From the NCBI GenBank assembly GCA_016935125.1, contig JAFGRM010000043.1, positions 1-38,593 on the forward strand: a DNA stretch of 38,593 bases, read 5' to 3'. The notes under the pieces are model-generated. The model was not told the DNA's origin, ran no database searches, and worked only from the letters and a program-made list of their open reading frames with translations. Of this stretch, positions 17,774 through 27,136 are shown in pieces. A program made the position numbers and the translations under genes. The DNA is from Candidatus Woesearchaeota archaeon. Its GTDB lineage: Archaea; Nanobdellota; Nanobdellia; Woesearchaeales; DSVV01. Numbering within the stretch: position 1 is the first letter of the stretch; each line of letters begins with the position of its first letter.

Positions 17774-18809
17774 TGACAATATCAGGATACTTGTCCTGGA
17801 TGAATCTGTCGAATTCCTGCTCGATCAGCTCTCTTGGCTCCTTTAGGTACTTTACTGATGGCTTGAGCTTGATCCTGTGGGCAAGGACTGAGACAACGAC
17901 ATCTTTTAGGTCAGGATAGCTGACAACATCGTTTCCGTTGAGATATGCGTTTGCCTGGGCACGCTCATAAAGCCCGATTGTCGCCCTGACAGAAGGTACC
18001 TTCTCAAGGCTCTCCTCTTCCCGAAGCTCGCGGATGAACCCTACAATTATCTCTTTTATCAGCTCAGGCGTCTCGACCATGTTGCATCCCTTGCTGACCA
18101 TGACATCCTTTTCGATCTGGTTTGTCTCAGGGTAGGTCATATAGACCACATCAAACCTGTCAAGGAGCACGTCTGACAGCCTCTCTGTATTTATGTCGAC
18201 AGGGTTCATAGTGCCGACAAAGATGAAATTTGTCTCGATATCTACATCATAGCTGCCAATGGTCGCCCTGCCCTCTTCAAGCACCTGCAGGAGCGCGTTC
18301 TGAAGCTTTTCAGGGCAGCGGTTCAGCTCGTCGAAAAAGAGCACAGAGTTATTGGCCTTGAATATCTTACCTGGGGTAAATGCCTCTATGCTGAGCGGCC
18401 CGTATTCCATCGCCTTTATAGGGTCTATGTCACCTATCAGGTCTTCTGCAGATAGGTCAGGACTTCCCTGTATCCTTACAAAACGCTGCTCGCCCTTTAT
18501 TATTAGCTGTGATTTTGTCTTCCCTGACCTGCATGCAGGACAGACAGGGTTGGCAGGGTCGCATTTGAACTCGCAGTCGTTAACTGTTATCTCAGGAAGA
18601 AGCTTTGCAATGTTTTTTGCAATGGTCGTCTTGCCGATTCCTGGCTGGCCGAATATGACAATATGCCTGTTCATAAGAAGCGCGGACTTGATCTGCTTTT
18701 TTGCAGTCTCCTGGCCCAGGATGTCAGTGAATATGTCATCCCTGCTCCTGAATATCTCTGCCAATGAATTCCTTATTTTCGGTTTGATGTTTTTGTTGTC
18801 CATTTTCAT
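17745..18809 (-). CDS. AAA+ ATPase, ChlI/MoxR family
   Basis: DILGQE, Walker A GQPGIGKT, CEFKCDP..PVCPAC insert, EDLIGDID, Walker B FFDELNR, QNALLQVLEEG, LLDRF, VLAHR. Confidence 0.92.
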   Translation of the reverse strand: MKMDNKNIKPKIRNSLAEIFRSRDDIFTDILGQETAKKQIKSALLMNRHIVIFGQPGIGKTTIAKNIAKLLPEITVNDCEFKCDPANPVCPACRSGKTKSQLIIKGEQRFVRIQGSPDLSAEDLIGDIDPIKAMEYGPLSIEAFTPGKIFKANNSVLFFDELNRCPEKLQNALLQVLEEGRATIGSYDVDIETNFIFVGTMNPVDINTERLSDVLLDRFDVVYMTYPETNQIEKDVMVSKGCNMVETPELIKEIIVGFIRELREEESLEKVPSVRATIGLYERAQANAYLNGNDVVSYPDLKDVVVSVLAHRIKLKPSVKYLKEPRELIEQEFDRFIQDKYPDIVNDEEQGGCR

Positions 18810-19002
18810 ATACCTTTTATCAAAAATATCAGAGGAGTTTTTCAAGGTTTTAAAAGTTTACTGAAAAGGATGCAGTTCTTTTGAATGTTGCCAGAATATG
18901 CCAGATGATTGACAGAAGCTGCGAAACACTGATTTAAAAAACATGATGCAAAAAAAGCATGAGGGTTCTTCATGACCGTTGTATGAACATGCATAGTCGT
19001 GC

Positions 19003-19100
19003 AGTCATGCATGGTTAGGCATATTCGTGCGTAGTATTACATGGTCATACATAGTCATGCATGGTTAGGCATATTCGTGCATGGTATTGCATGGTCATGC
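19003..19100. repeat. Intergenic 50-bp tandem duplication built from degenerate 10-bp subunits
   Basis: AGTCATGCATGGTTAGGCATATTCGTGC at 19003 and 19053. Confidence 0.8.
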
Positions 19101-19105
19101 ACAGC

Positions 19106-20233
19106 TCAGAAAAGGACCTGCAAAAGAGAGCCTATGCTTCCAAGCACAAAGCCTGTTGCAAGCCCTGATATCAGAAGCATGATGACAAAAAAAGAGCACC
19201 CTCCTGCCTGTATCATTATCTCCCTGAATATTATGCTCTCAAGCGCCTTTGTTTTCTGCATATTGGCCTTGTCATAATTGAGCGCATTAAAAGAGATTAT
19301 AGATGTTGTGTTTGTCATGCCATAGACAGAATCTATCACAAAGACATGCAGAGGTGTGGAAACAAACAGCCTGATAAACCACACAAAAGAATCTGCAACT
19401 GAGCTAAGCCTAAGAACAAGCCTTCTTCTCATGTCACTTACCTTACCTGAAAGATATGGTATTATCAGGGAAAAACAAAGTGAGATCGAAGTAACCAGCC
19501 CTACACCTGTAAAATTCCCAAAGACATTCATAAATATGAAAATGGGCCATATGATCTTATGCGCCCTTGACTGCAGGCCCTTGCCCATCAATGCAAGATA
19601 GTCCCTGAAGCTGCGGCCCTTGAATATCTCATAGAATCTCAAGGGCATCTTCTGGTGGTTATCATCAGAAAAGAATAGTGGGATGGTTGATATGAAAAGA
19701 AGTATCGAGACAACAGCAAACATGAACTTGAACCCGAAGATCGCAAGCATTATGCCGCCTATAAAAGGTCCTGCAACATTTGACAATGACACCAATGTCT
19801 GTAGTATGCCAAGCTCCCTGCCTCTTACCCTCTTTGTGCTGAAAATCGAAAAATCAGTATGATATCCTACCCAAAAGAGCCCGTCATTGACTCCTGCCAG
19901 AATCGCCACTACGTAAAGCGGCCAACCGAAGCCTTCCAGTGAATAGAGCATGAGATAAAACACGATGACTACAGGGGTGCTTGCAGCAATCGAATGCTTG
20001 AACCCATATCTTGACGATATGAACCCTGCAGGAATCGTTGCCAGTGCATGAGAGATGTTCAGGATGATATAAAATATAAATATCTCTTTTAATGCACAGC
20101 CAACGCTCAAGAGATAGATAGGGATAAAGATAGTTATCATCGACAGGGCAAATGATCTGATTGCCATGCTGGAATACAGCTCATTCAGCTTCTCGTTCCT
20201 GAAGAACTGCATGAAATTGTGGTGCTCAAGCAT
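19106..20233 (-). CDS. MFS transporter
   Basis: About 11-12 hydrophobic segments; MFS motif A-like GFISSRYGFK and GKVSDMRRR; AGPFIGG. Confidence 0.88.
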   Translation of the reverse strand: MLEHHNFMQFFRNEKLNELYSSMAIRSFALSMITIFIPIYLLSVGCALKEIFIFYIILNISHALATIPAGFISSRYGFKHSIAASTPVVIVFYLMLYSLEGFGWPLYVVAILAGVNDGLFWVGYHTDFSIFSTKRVRGRELGILQTLVSLSNVAGPFIGGIMLAIFGFKFMFAVVSILLFISTIPLFFSDDNHQKMPLRFYEIFKGRSFRDYLALMGKGLQSRAHKIIWPIFIFMNVFGNFTGVGLVTSISLCFSLIIPYLSGKVSDMRRRLVLRLSSVADSFVWFIRLFVSTPLHVFVIDSVYGMTNTTSIISFNALNYDKANMQKTKALESIIFREIMIQAGGCSFFVIMLLISGLATGFVLGSIGSLLQVLF

Positions 20234-20404
20234 GACTAAAACCTGACCCCAAATTTATATAAATGTTTCTAAACCCAGCATTTCCATTTAGAGATACTTG
20301 GTTATGGCAAAAACCTTTATATATCCCCTGTTTTTCTCAAGAACCAGATAGGCCATGCACGTAAGACAAGCCATGCACAAGCCATGCAAAATAAGCCATA
20401 TTAC

Positions 20405-20559
20405 GGGGCTGTAGTATAACCTGGCTAGAATAGCTGGCTCCAGTTTTGGAGCGATGAGCTGCAGGAACCCTGCGGCGATGAATAAAGCTGCGGTCTGTTG
20501 AAGCCTTACCGCTTCAAGGAAGAGACCAGCGGATCTGGGTTCGAATCCCAGCAGCCCCA
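20405..20559 (+). tRNA. tRNA-Trp(CCA) with an 81-nt intron at 37/38 (20444-20524)
   Basis: Acceptor GGGGCTG/CAGCCCC+A; anticodon stem GCTGG/CCAGC; anticodon CCA 20440-20442; T-arm CTGGGTTCGAATCCCAG; followed by a T-run terminator. Confidence 0.95.
20444..20524 (+). ncRNA. Putative intron-encoded box C/D guide RNA for tRNA-Trp positions 34 and 39
   Basis: TGGAGC-G-ATGA puts D+5 on C34; GGTCTG-TTGA puts D+5 on C39; C-like CGATGA lies between. Euryarchaeal tRNA-Trp introns are known to guide these two positions. Confidence 0.65.
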
Positions 20560-20648
20560 TTTTTTTTATATTGAGTTCTGGGTTCTGTTTGGAATGGTTT
20601 TGAGTTTTGTGTTAGATTGTTTTGGGTTTAGGGTTTTTCTTATCGTAC

Positions 20649-20727
20649 TGGAGCTTTATGCTCTAGTAGCTGCATCTCCGTGGCTGCGGCGGAAAACGCA
20701 GGTGAGAATCCCAGCAGCCCCATTTTT
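20649..20727 (+). repeat. Degenerate partial duplicate of tRNA-Trp (22-bp exact copy of the 3' end and terminator, plus intron-like words)
   Basis: GAATCCCAGCAGCCCCATTTTT at 20543-20564 and 20706-20727. Confidence 0.75.
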
Positions 20728-20769
20728 CTTTATAGTCTTGATAATTTATAAAAATCTGAGGCATTTCGT

Positions 20770-21726
20770 TCAAACCCCACAGGGAAAGGTATTCACGACA
20801 ATGTCCTTAAACACAGGGATAAGCTTGTAATCAGATATTATCCTGTTCTTGTCCCTAAGCTTTGTGAATGTGTCCTGAAACTGCTCATAATCATCGCATC
20901 TGGCGTGCAGCAATAGGTTGAATTCACCAAAAAGCTTCCAATACTGGGTAAAATCATTTATCTGATAGACTTGGGAGAGAAGCCTTCTTTCCTGCTCTTT
21001 TGAAAAGTTCCTGTACCTGATCAGGGCTAAAAATGCCTTCTTAATCCTGATATTGTGAAACATCCTGTAGCCTACAACTATCTTTCTCTCCTCAAGCTTT
21101 CTTATCCGCTCTTTTACTGTCTGACAGCTGCATCCAAGAGCCCTGGACATCTCTGCAACAGGCATCCTGCAGTTATCCTTTATTATCCCAAGCAGCCTGA
21201 AATCAAGATTATCGATATCTATGTTCTCTTTTGAAAGCTCGTATGAGACCTTTCTTTTTAGCACGAGCTTGTCAGTCTTAAGAAAAGGGTGGTTGAAAAG
21301 CTCATGCCTTATTACCTGAAGTGTTATATGGTCGCCGAAGACGTTTGGAAACATCCTGTTCAGCTCCTCGAGAAAATCCTCAATCTCCTCTATATTCCTA
21401 ACGACTAACTGGACCATTATGTCATAGAACGACCCAATCTTAGCAGCCCACCACATCTTCTTATGCTTGCTAAAATATTCCATGACCGCAGTCTCGTTTT
21501 CAGGCATGTTCTCTATCCTAAAAAAGACATGATATTCGTAATAGCCGAGCTTCATGTAATTTATCAGTGCAGCGAACTTTTTGATCTGGTTTTCATTCTT
21601 TAGCTTCCTTATCCTGTAATTAATCGTCTGTTGTGGGATATCAAGCTTTTTTGACATCTCACTCTGGCTGATCCTGGGGTTGTCATCTATCAGGTTCAGT
21701 ATCTTTTTATCAATTTTATATAACAT
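20770..21726 (-). CDS. Lrp/AsnC family regulator with two tandem HTH+RAM units
   Basis: IDKKIL..DNPRISQSEMSKKL...TINYRIRKL and LDFRLL..DNCRMPVAEMSRALG...TVKERIRKLEE. Confidence 0.9.
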   Translation of the reverse strand: MLYKIDKKILNLIDDNPRISQSEMSKKLDIPQQTINYRIRKLKNENQIKKFAALINYMKLGYYEYHVFFRIENMPENETAVMEYFSKHKKMWWAAKIGSFYDIMVQLVVRNIEEIEDFLEELNRMFPNVFGDHITLQVIRHELFNHPFLKTDKLVLKRKVSYELSKENIDIDNLDFRLLGIIKDNCRMPVAEMSRALGCSCQTVKERIRKLEERKIVVGYRMFHNIRIKKAFLALIRYRNFSKEQERRLLSQVYQINDFTQYWKLFGEFNLLLHARCDDYEQFQDTFTKLRDKNRIISDYKLIPVFKDIVVNTFPCGV

Positions 21727-21778
21727 TTTTGGTAGATAAGCAACAAAAATATATAAAATTTTTTATTATTACCAAAAA
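21726..21778. promoter_or_regulatory. 9-bp inverted repeat TTTTTGGTA/TACCAAAAA bracketing the TATA box of the Lrp gene (putative operator)
   Basis: Arms at 21726-21734 and 21770-21778; minus-strand TTTATATA lies between them. Confidence 0.45.
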
Positions 21779-21928
21779 GAGATTGAATAGATTTATATAG
21801 TTCTCTAATATATATCTTTGACATAGTTATCTTTGGCAGTGTTATCTTTTAAGTGTCTTTTGTAGTGGTACCATTTGCAGCGTGTTTTTGCATCTGAAAA
21901 ATAAAGGGGTTCTAAGAGGTGGTTGGAT

Positions 21929-22390
21929 ATGATTGACCGTAAGGGATTTATCATATTGTCCCAACTGAGGAAAAATGCGCGGGAAAGCCTTACGAAAATG
22001 AGCAGGAAAACAAATATTCCGGTTTCGACAATATTTGAAAGATTGAATAGCGACGACAATGCCATCAAGAAGCACACCACCATAATAGACTTCAATAAGC
22101 TGGGCTACCTTACCATAGTAAATGTGCTCCTAAGCGTCAAGAGGAGCAATAAAGAAGAGCTGCAGTACTACCTTATGAAAAACAGGAATGTCAATTCTCT
22201 GTACAAGATCGCTAATGGCTATGATTTTCTTTTTGAGGGCATATTCAAGGACATGTACGAGCTTGAGTCATTCATGGATGACATAGATGAAAACTTCCAG
22301 ATAAAGTCAAAGCAGGTTCTCTACCTGTTAAAAGAGATAAAAAGGGAAGATTTCCTCTCAAGCCCGGAATTCGTCGAATGTGTTGGATAA
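21929..22390 (+). CDS. Lrp/AsnC family regulator
   Basis: RBS GAGGTGG; LRKNARESLTKMSRKT..PVSTIFERL; IDFNKLGY; NVNSLYKI.GYDF. Confidence 0.9.
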   Translation: MIDRKGFIILSQLRKNARESLTKMSRKTNIPVSTIFERLNSDDNAIKKHTTIIDFNKLGYLTIVNVLLSVKRSNKEELQYYLMKNRNVNSLYKIANGYDFLFEGIFKDMYELESFMDDIDENFQIKSKQVLYLLKEIKREDFLSSPEFVECVG

Positions 22391-22432
22391 TATTTTTAAA
22401 TACTGCTGCATTATCGCACTATAGGTGGAATT

Positions 22433-23362
22433 ATGGCTGAAGATGAAAAAAAGAGCACTCTTTTGGGGCTGTCGATAAATGATATTGCAGATGATATGCT
22501 GATAGTATTTGGAGAAGACGCAACCAAGGTGCAGAACCGCCTGATCAGGCTAGGCTATGACATAGAGAATATAAACTCCTCGCGTGAGTTCCATACATTC
22601 AACGCTTCAAACAAGGACTATAGCTTCCCGCTGATCGTTGCAGGCCTGGGCTCTGCATCTGTTGAATGCGTCCTTAGTGAGATAGGCATGAAAAGACAGG
22701 AAAGGGTCGACCAGCTGACTGCAGGTATGAAAGAGGCTGAAGCTGAAAAAATCGATAACGACTATAAGATAAACCTTTATCTGGCCGGCACATGCGGCGC
22801 ATCAAAAGATTATACATTAGGCGAGACAGTCATCCTTACCATGGGCAGGATCAACAATAACGGCTCGTCGTGGTTCTACCAAAGCGGAAGGAAAAGGTTG
22901 TTCGGGCCATCTGCTGGCCTGCTCAAAAAAGCGAATGAAGACCTTGGCATGAAGGTGGGTAATATCTTCTCATCAGACGCATTCTATGGGTTTGGGTGCA
23001 TATTAAAGGACAATCAATTGGAATACTCTGGAGCACCCCTAAATGCCGAAGACACAAAGCACAAGGGATTTGAAAAATTCAAAGAGCTCTACAACAGCAA
23101 AGAACCTTATCTCATCGATATGGAAACAGCTGTATTCTACATGTTATGCCAGAGATTGAAAGGGCTGGAAGGCATAGCGATCAAAGGCGTATCAAATTTT
23201 GTGCCGTTTGATGTAGACAATGCAATAACACATAGCAATGAGAGGCTCGCGCTTGAATCATCAATCGACAGCTGCGTAAAGCTGATCGAAAGCTCTTTTA
23301 TGGGCAGGGAAGGTGCAAGGGATTATGATTCGGCAGATCGGTCCAGAAATAGAATATATTGA
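22433..23362 (+). CDS. Nucleoside phosphorylase family (PNP/UDP fold) protein
   Basis: AGLGSAS, LAGTCGA, SSDAFY, IDMETA, GVSN; RBS AGGTGG. Confidence 0.8.
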   Translation: MAEDEKKSTLLGLSINDIADDMLIVFGEDATKVQNRLIRLGYDIENINSSREFHTFNASNKDYSFPLIVAGLGSASVECVLSEIGMKRQERVDQLTAGMKEAEAEKIDNDYKINLYLAGTCGASKDYTLGETVILTMGRINNNGSSWFYQSGRKRLFGPSAGLLKKANEDLGMKVGNIFSSDAFYGFGCILKDNQLEYSGAPLNAEDTKHKGFEKFKELYNSKEPYLIDMETAVFYMLCQRLKGLEGIAIKGVSNFVPFDVDNAITHSNERLALESSIDSCVKLIESSFMGREGARDYDSADRSRNRIY

Positions 23363-23413
23363 AGATCATAAAGATAAAAAGGGATCATAAAGACAAAAAA
23401 GATATGGGGAAGA

Positions 23414-23992
23414 TCACAAAACAGAAAAAATCTTTCTTTCCTCTCTTAATACAGCCTCAAGATTTGCCCGTGTTGCAGGGTTTTGGGGCACAAACCTGCA
23501 CGCGGATCCCTTTGTATCTGCAACAGAGATATCATACGTCCCAATCCTTCTTGCAATATCTATCGCCTCTTTCTTGTCAAAGCACAGCAAAGGCCTGAGC
23601 ACAGGGATCCCTACTGCGTTGTCAAGCACAGATAGGTTCTCGAGCGTCTGGCTTGCGACCTGGCCAAGGTTTTCGCCAGTGACTATGTAGCCTGCCCTTA
23701 TCCTTTTTGCAAGGGCCTCAGCTTCCCTGTACATCGCCCTTTTGCACAATACGCATGTCAGCCTGCGGTTGGCATTTTCAGCTATCCTCTTTAGATCTGG
23801 CATAAAATCCTTTATCACCAGCTCTGAACTGCTGTTGCCATCTATCTTGACCTTGATCTGCCTGACCTTCTTAAGATCAGTTGGGTTTGTGTTGAGGTGC
23901 AGGTATGTCAGTTCGACACCCTGATTTTTCATGAGCCAGCTTGCAACAGGGCTGTCAATGCCTGTGCTCAAAAGAGATACTGCCTTATTCAT
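23414..23992 (-). CDS. thiI: Short ThiI-like protein (PP-loop catalytic domain only, no THUMP/NFLD or rhodanese domain)
   Basis: LLSTGIDSPVA, CVLCKRAMYR.A, VTGENLGQVASQTLENL, VLRPL..DK.E, IGTYDIS..C...P..PAT. Start at ATG 23992 or GTG 24013. Confidence 0.85.
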   Translation of the reverse strand: MNKAVSLLSTGIDSPVASWLMKNQGVELTYLHLNTNPTDLKKVRQIKVKIDGNSSSELVIKDFMPDLKRIAENANRRLTCVLCKRAMYREAEALAKRIRAGYIVTGENLGQVASQTLENLSVLDNAVGIPVLRPLLCFDKKEAIDIARRIGTYDISVADTKGSACRFVPQNPATRANLEAVLREERKIFSVL

Positions 23993-24031
23993 CTTATTAT
24001 TTATAGTAATCACCTTTTATTAAAATACATC

Positions 24032-24490
24032 TCACAATAGTTCTATGGGATCACCCTGCCTGATAATACCCCCTTTTAACACCCTTGCAAAGATCCCTTC
24101 TCTTGGCATGATGCATGAGCCTACCTTTTTTGATATCTCACAGCCTGCATGGCATTCCTTGCCAATCTTTGAGACCTCAAGCATAGCATCCCTTATCCTA
24201 AGTCTTGTTCCGATCGGCAATGTGTGTAGGACAATGCCTGATGTTGTGATATTCTCTGCAAAAGCACCAAAGCTAAGGCTGTCTGGACCGAGTTTCCTGC
24301 AGATCTTTTCAAGGTTCTCTTCCTTGAATCTTTCATAAGATTCGCAGGCAATAAGAGATAGCTGCCTGTCTCCATCGCCTGCATGCGCATCATGCTCAAT
24401 TCCCTGCTCTTCAAGAAGCCTTGCCTCAGTGACAGGCTGTTTTGCTGTCCCTCTCATACTGCTTACATTTATCGAGACTATTTCTGCCAT
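24032..24490 (-). CDS. Stand-alone MOSC domain protein
   Basis: GIEHDAHAG..RQLSL, GAFAENITT.G, IGKECH..C.I....G.CIMPREGIFARVL.GG.I..GD. Confidence 0.9.
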   Translation of the reverse strand: MAEIVSINVSSMRGTAKQPVTEARLLEEQGIEHDAHAGDGDRQLSLIACESYERFKEENLEKICRKLGPDSLSFGAFAENITTSGIVLHTLPIGTRLRIRDAMLEVSKIGKECHAGCEISKKVGSCIMPREGIFARVLKGGIIRQGDPIELL

Positions 24491-24677
24491 CTTATCTTCT
24501 CCCTGTTGATTGCTTCAATCTTTCAACAGTAATCCTTAACTATCAACTTCCAACAGTAACCCTGAACCATAGATCTAAAAAAGTAATCCTGAACATCAAC
24601 TTCCCACAGCAATCATTGACTATCAATCTTCAAAAAAATAATCTAGGCCATAAATCCCCAACAAACTTTCTTGATCA

Positions 24678-25928
24678 TCAAAAAAGGCTTACCTCTACAA
24701 CATCGCCTTTCCTTACCACTTCAGTATTCTCATCGATGCATATGAAGCCGTCTGCATCAGAGAGTGTCGTTATCGCGCTTGACCCTTTCATTACTGGGGA
24801 GGCTGTAAAGAAAGGGCTGCTCGTGTCAAGCCCATTTTTCTTTGCCTCTGAAACCTTAAGCCTTACAGGCAGGAACTCAAACCTCCCTATTGTCGATGCG
24901 ACCTTCCTTTCCAGCACGGCATAAGCCTTCTTTAGCCTGAATTCTGATCCCATCATCCTGTAGATTGCAGGAAGCACCAATGAGTATACATTTGAAAGCG
25001 CCGACGTGGGATAGCCTGGCAGCCCTATGACAGGCGAAGACCTGACCTTTCCCACAAGAACAGGCTTACCTGGCTTTGATGCGATACCATGCACAAGGAC
25101 ATCTCCTATCTGCCCGACAGCATCCAACATGAAATCCTCGCCGCCCAAAGAGGAGCCTCCTGAAAAGATGAGCAGGTCTACATCATCTATCCCTGAAAGG
25201 ATCGCCTTTTTTATATCGCTGACATTATCACTGACCAGCCCAAGGCAATGGACATTGCAGCCATGCTCTTTTAACGTATCAACTACAGTCCTTGTATTGA
25301 TATCATATACCTTGCCTGGCAAGAGCGCCTGTCCCGGGCTTAAGACCTCGTTTCCTGTTGAAAAATAAGCGACTGAAGGTGCCTTGCTTACCTTGACGCA
25401 CCTTATGCCAACAGAAGAGAGCACACCGAGGTACCTGGGGTTAAGCCTTGTGCCCTTGCTAAAGATAAGCTGGCCTGACCTGACATCACTCCCTGCCGAA
25501 ATTGTGTTCTCACCTGGCGCACATGCCTTATAGAACACTATGCTGCCATCCTCCTTTTCTGCATACTCTATCATCAAGACTGCATCAGCACCCTTTGGCA
25601 GGGGAGCGCCGGTCGTAAGCTCGATGCATTCACCTTTCCTTACCTCTTTTCTCGGGATAACCCCTGCTGTAACAGACTCTATGACCTTAAGATGCTTTGG
25701 GCTGGTGTTCGACGCGCCGAAAGTATCTTCTGCAATGACAGCAAACCCATCCATCGCGCTCTTCTGGAAATGAGGCACATCTATCGATGACTTTATGTCC
25801 TCGGCAAGAACCCTTCCATCCGCATCTTCAAGACTGACAGTCTCTCTTCCTGTCTTTCCAGCCACATCCTCGATTATCCTTGATGCTTCAGCAAGCGATG
25901 CTAGCTTTCCAAAACCATGTTTTGTCAT
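24678..25928 (-). CDS. moeA: Molybdopterin molybdenumtransferase
   Basis: GRVLAEDI..DVPHF.KSAMDGFAV, TGAPLP.GADAV, STGNEV, YDIN, SGGSS.G..D, KPGKP, GLPGYPTSA. Confidence 0.95.
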   Translation of the reverse strand: MTKHGFGKLASLAEASRIIEDVAGKTGRETVSLEDADGRVLAEDIKSSIDVPHFQKSAMDGFAVIAEDTFGASNTSPKHLKVIESVTAGVIPRKEVRKGECIELTTGAPLPKGADAVLMIEYAEKEDGSIVFYKACAPGENTISAGSDVRSGQLIFSKGTRLNPRYLGVLSSVGIRCVKVSKAPSVAYFSTGNEVLSPGQALLPGKVYDINTRTVVDTLKEHGCNVHCLGLVSDNVSDIKKAILSGIDDVDLLIFSGGSSLGGEDFMLDAVGQIGDVLVHGIASKPGKPVLVGKVRSSPVIGLPGYPTSALSNVYSLVLPAIYRMMGSEFRLKKAYAVLERKVASTIGRFEFLPVRLKVSEAKKNGLDTSSPFFTASPVMKGSSAITTLSDADGFICIDENTEVVRKGDVVEVSLF

Positions 25929-26082
25929 CTTCAACCTTTCTTATTCAACCCTTTATAATCCAACTCGTTTTCATCTGATACATCATCAGACCTGCCATTA
26001 TATTTTCCTGTATATTTCCCAGCAGATTCTGCATCCAGTCTTTCATGTTGCCTTTCATATTGTCCATATTGTTCTTCAACCA

Positions 26083-26649
26083 TCATCTCTCCCCCAGATG
26101 CGTTATTATGTGCCCTGCTTCAGGCATGATAAGGTTTTCCATCGCAAGCCTGCATGCGCGTGGGCTGCCAGGAAGGCAGAAAACCGCCTTTTTGCCGACT
26201 ATACCTGCAGTCGCCCTGGAAAGATACGCTGCAGGGCCTATCGATGAGAAACTAAGCTGCATAAACAGCGGATTGAAGCCAGCAAGCTCTTTTTCAAACA
26301 ACGGCCTGACTGCCTCTATCGTCACGTCTGAGCCAGATATTCCTGTTCCGCCGTTTGTTATGACAACATCAATGTTTGGGTCCCTGCAAAATTTCTTGAC
26401 AATGCTCAGTATCATCCGCCTGTCGTCATGGACCACAACATGGAACAGTACGCTGTGCGCATCTGAACCTATCAACTCTTTTATGGCCTTTCCGCTCATG
26501 TCATCATCGATGGCCTTGCTGCTGGAAACAGTGACGACTGCAAAATTCAGCCTCATCTGCACTGCCCCCTTGTGTTCTCCTGTCGTATCAATATCTGCTT
26601 CTGGCTTTTTTTCTGGTGTAGTGTTTTTTTCCTGCGTTGCATTTATCAT
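26083..26649 (-). CDS. moaB: Molybdopterin adenylyltransferase MoaB/MogA
   Basis: VVTVSS, D.SG, DVVITNGGTG....DVTIEA, LSRATAG, FCLPGSP. Start may be downstream (MRLNFAVV). Confidence 0.9.
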   Translation of the reverse strand: MINATQEKNTTPEKKPEADIDTTGEHKGAVQMRLNFAVVTVSSSKAIDDDMSGKAIKELIGSDAHSVLFHVVVHDDRRMILSIVKKFCRDPNIDVVITNGGTGISGSDVTIEAVRPLFEKELAGFNPLFMQLSFSSIGPAAYLSRATAGIVGKKAVFCLPGSPRACRLAMENLIMPEAGHIITHLGER

Positions 26650-26701
26650 GATTCTTACCTCACTGCATCTCTCATTATATTAACTTGCTATGTTAGCCAA
26701 C

Positions 26702-27136
26702 TCACAGTCTCTTTGCCTTTTCCTTTACTCTTATCCCTGAAATCATAGTGTTCGGATACTGGCCGTCTGCGTCTTTTTCAAGATACTTTACCATGTCCCA
26801 TACTGTAGCAAGGGCAGCAGCAACACCCACCAGCGCCTCCATCTCAACACCTGTCTTTGCTGTCGCAGCAACCCTGAGCTTTGCATAAACCTCATCTGAG
26901 CCCACCTTGAACTCACAAGAAACATCCTCAACAGCTATCTGGTGGCAGTGCGGGATAAGCTCAGGTGTCTTTTTTACTGCAAGGATCGCCGCAATCTCTG
27001 CTGCAGCCAGCGGATCGCCTTTCTTAACATCGCCTGACAAGATAAGGTCTACAGTATCCCTGCCAAGTGTGATCTTCCCTTCTGCAACAGCTGTCCTCAG
27101 GACAGGCTTTTTCCCTGATACATCAGCCATACCCAT
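26702..27136 (-). CDS. moaC: Cyclic pyranopterin monophosphate synthase
   Basis: MADVSGK....RTAVAEG, KKGD, KKTPELIPHCH, TGVEMEAL, WDMVK. Confidence 0.95.
   Translation of the reverse strand: MGMADVSGKKPVLRTAVAEGKITLGRDTVDLILSGDVKKGDPLAAAEIAAILAVKKTPELIPHCHQIAVEDVSCEFKVGSDEVYAKLRVAATAKTGVEMEALVGVAAALATVWDMVKYLEKDADGQYPNTMISGIRVKEKAKRL

Noticed and set aside
20560-20705. Active integrated element at tRNA-Trp
   Set aside because: Only about 140 bp lies between the repeats and there is no integrase; kept only as a possible scar.
20288-20830. ORFs 20288-20560, 20498-20830 and 7120-7305
   Set aside because: They overlap tRNA genes and are shadow ORFs.
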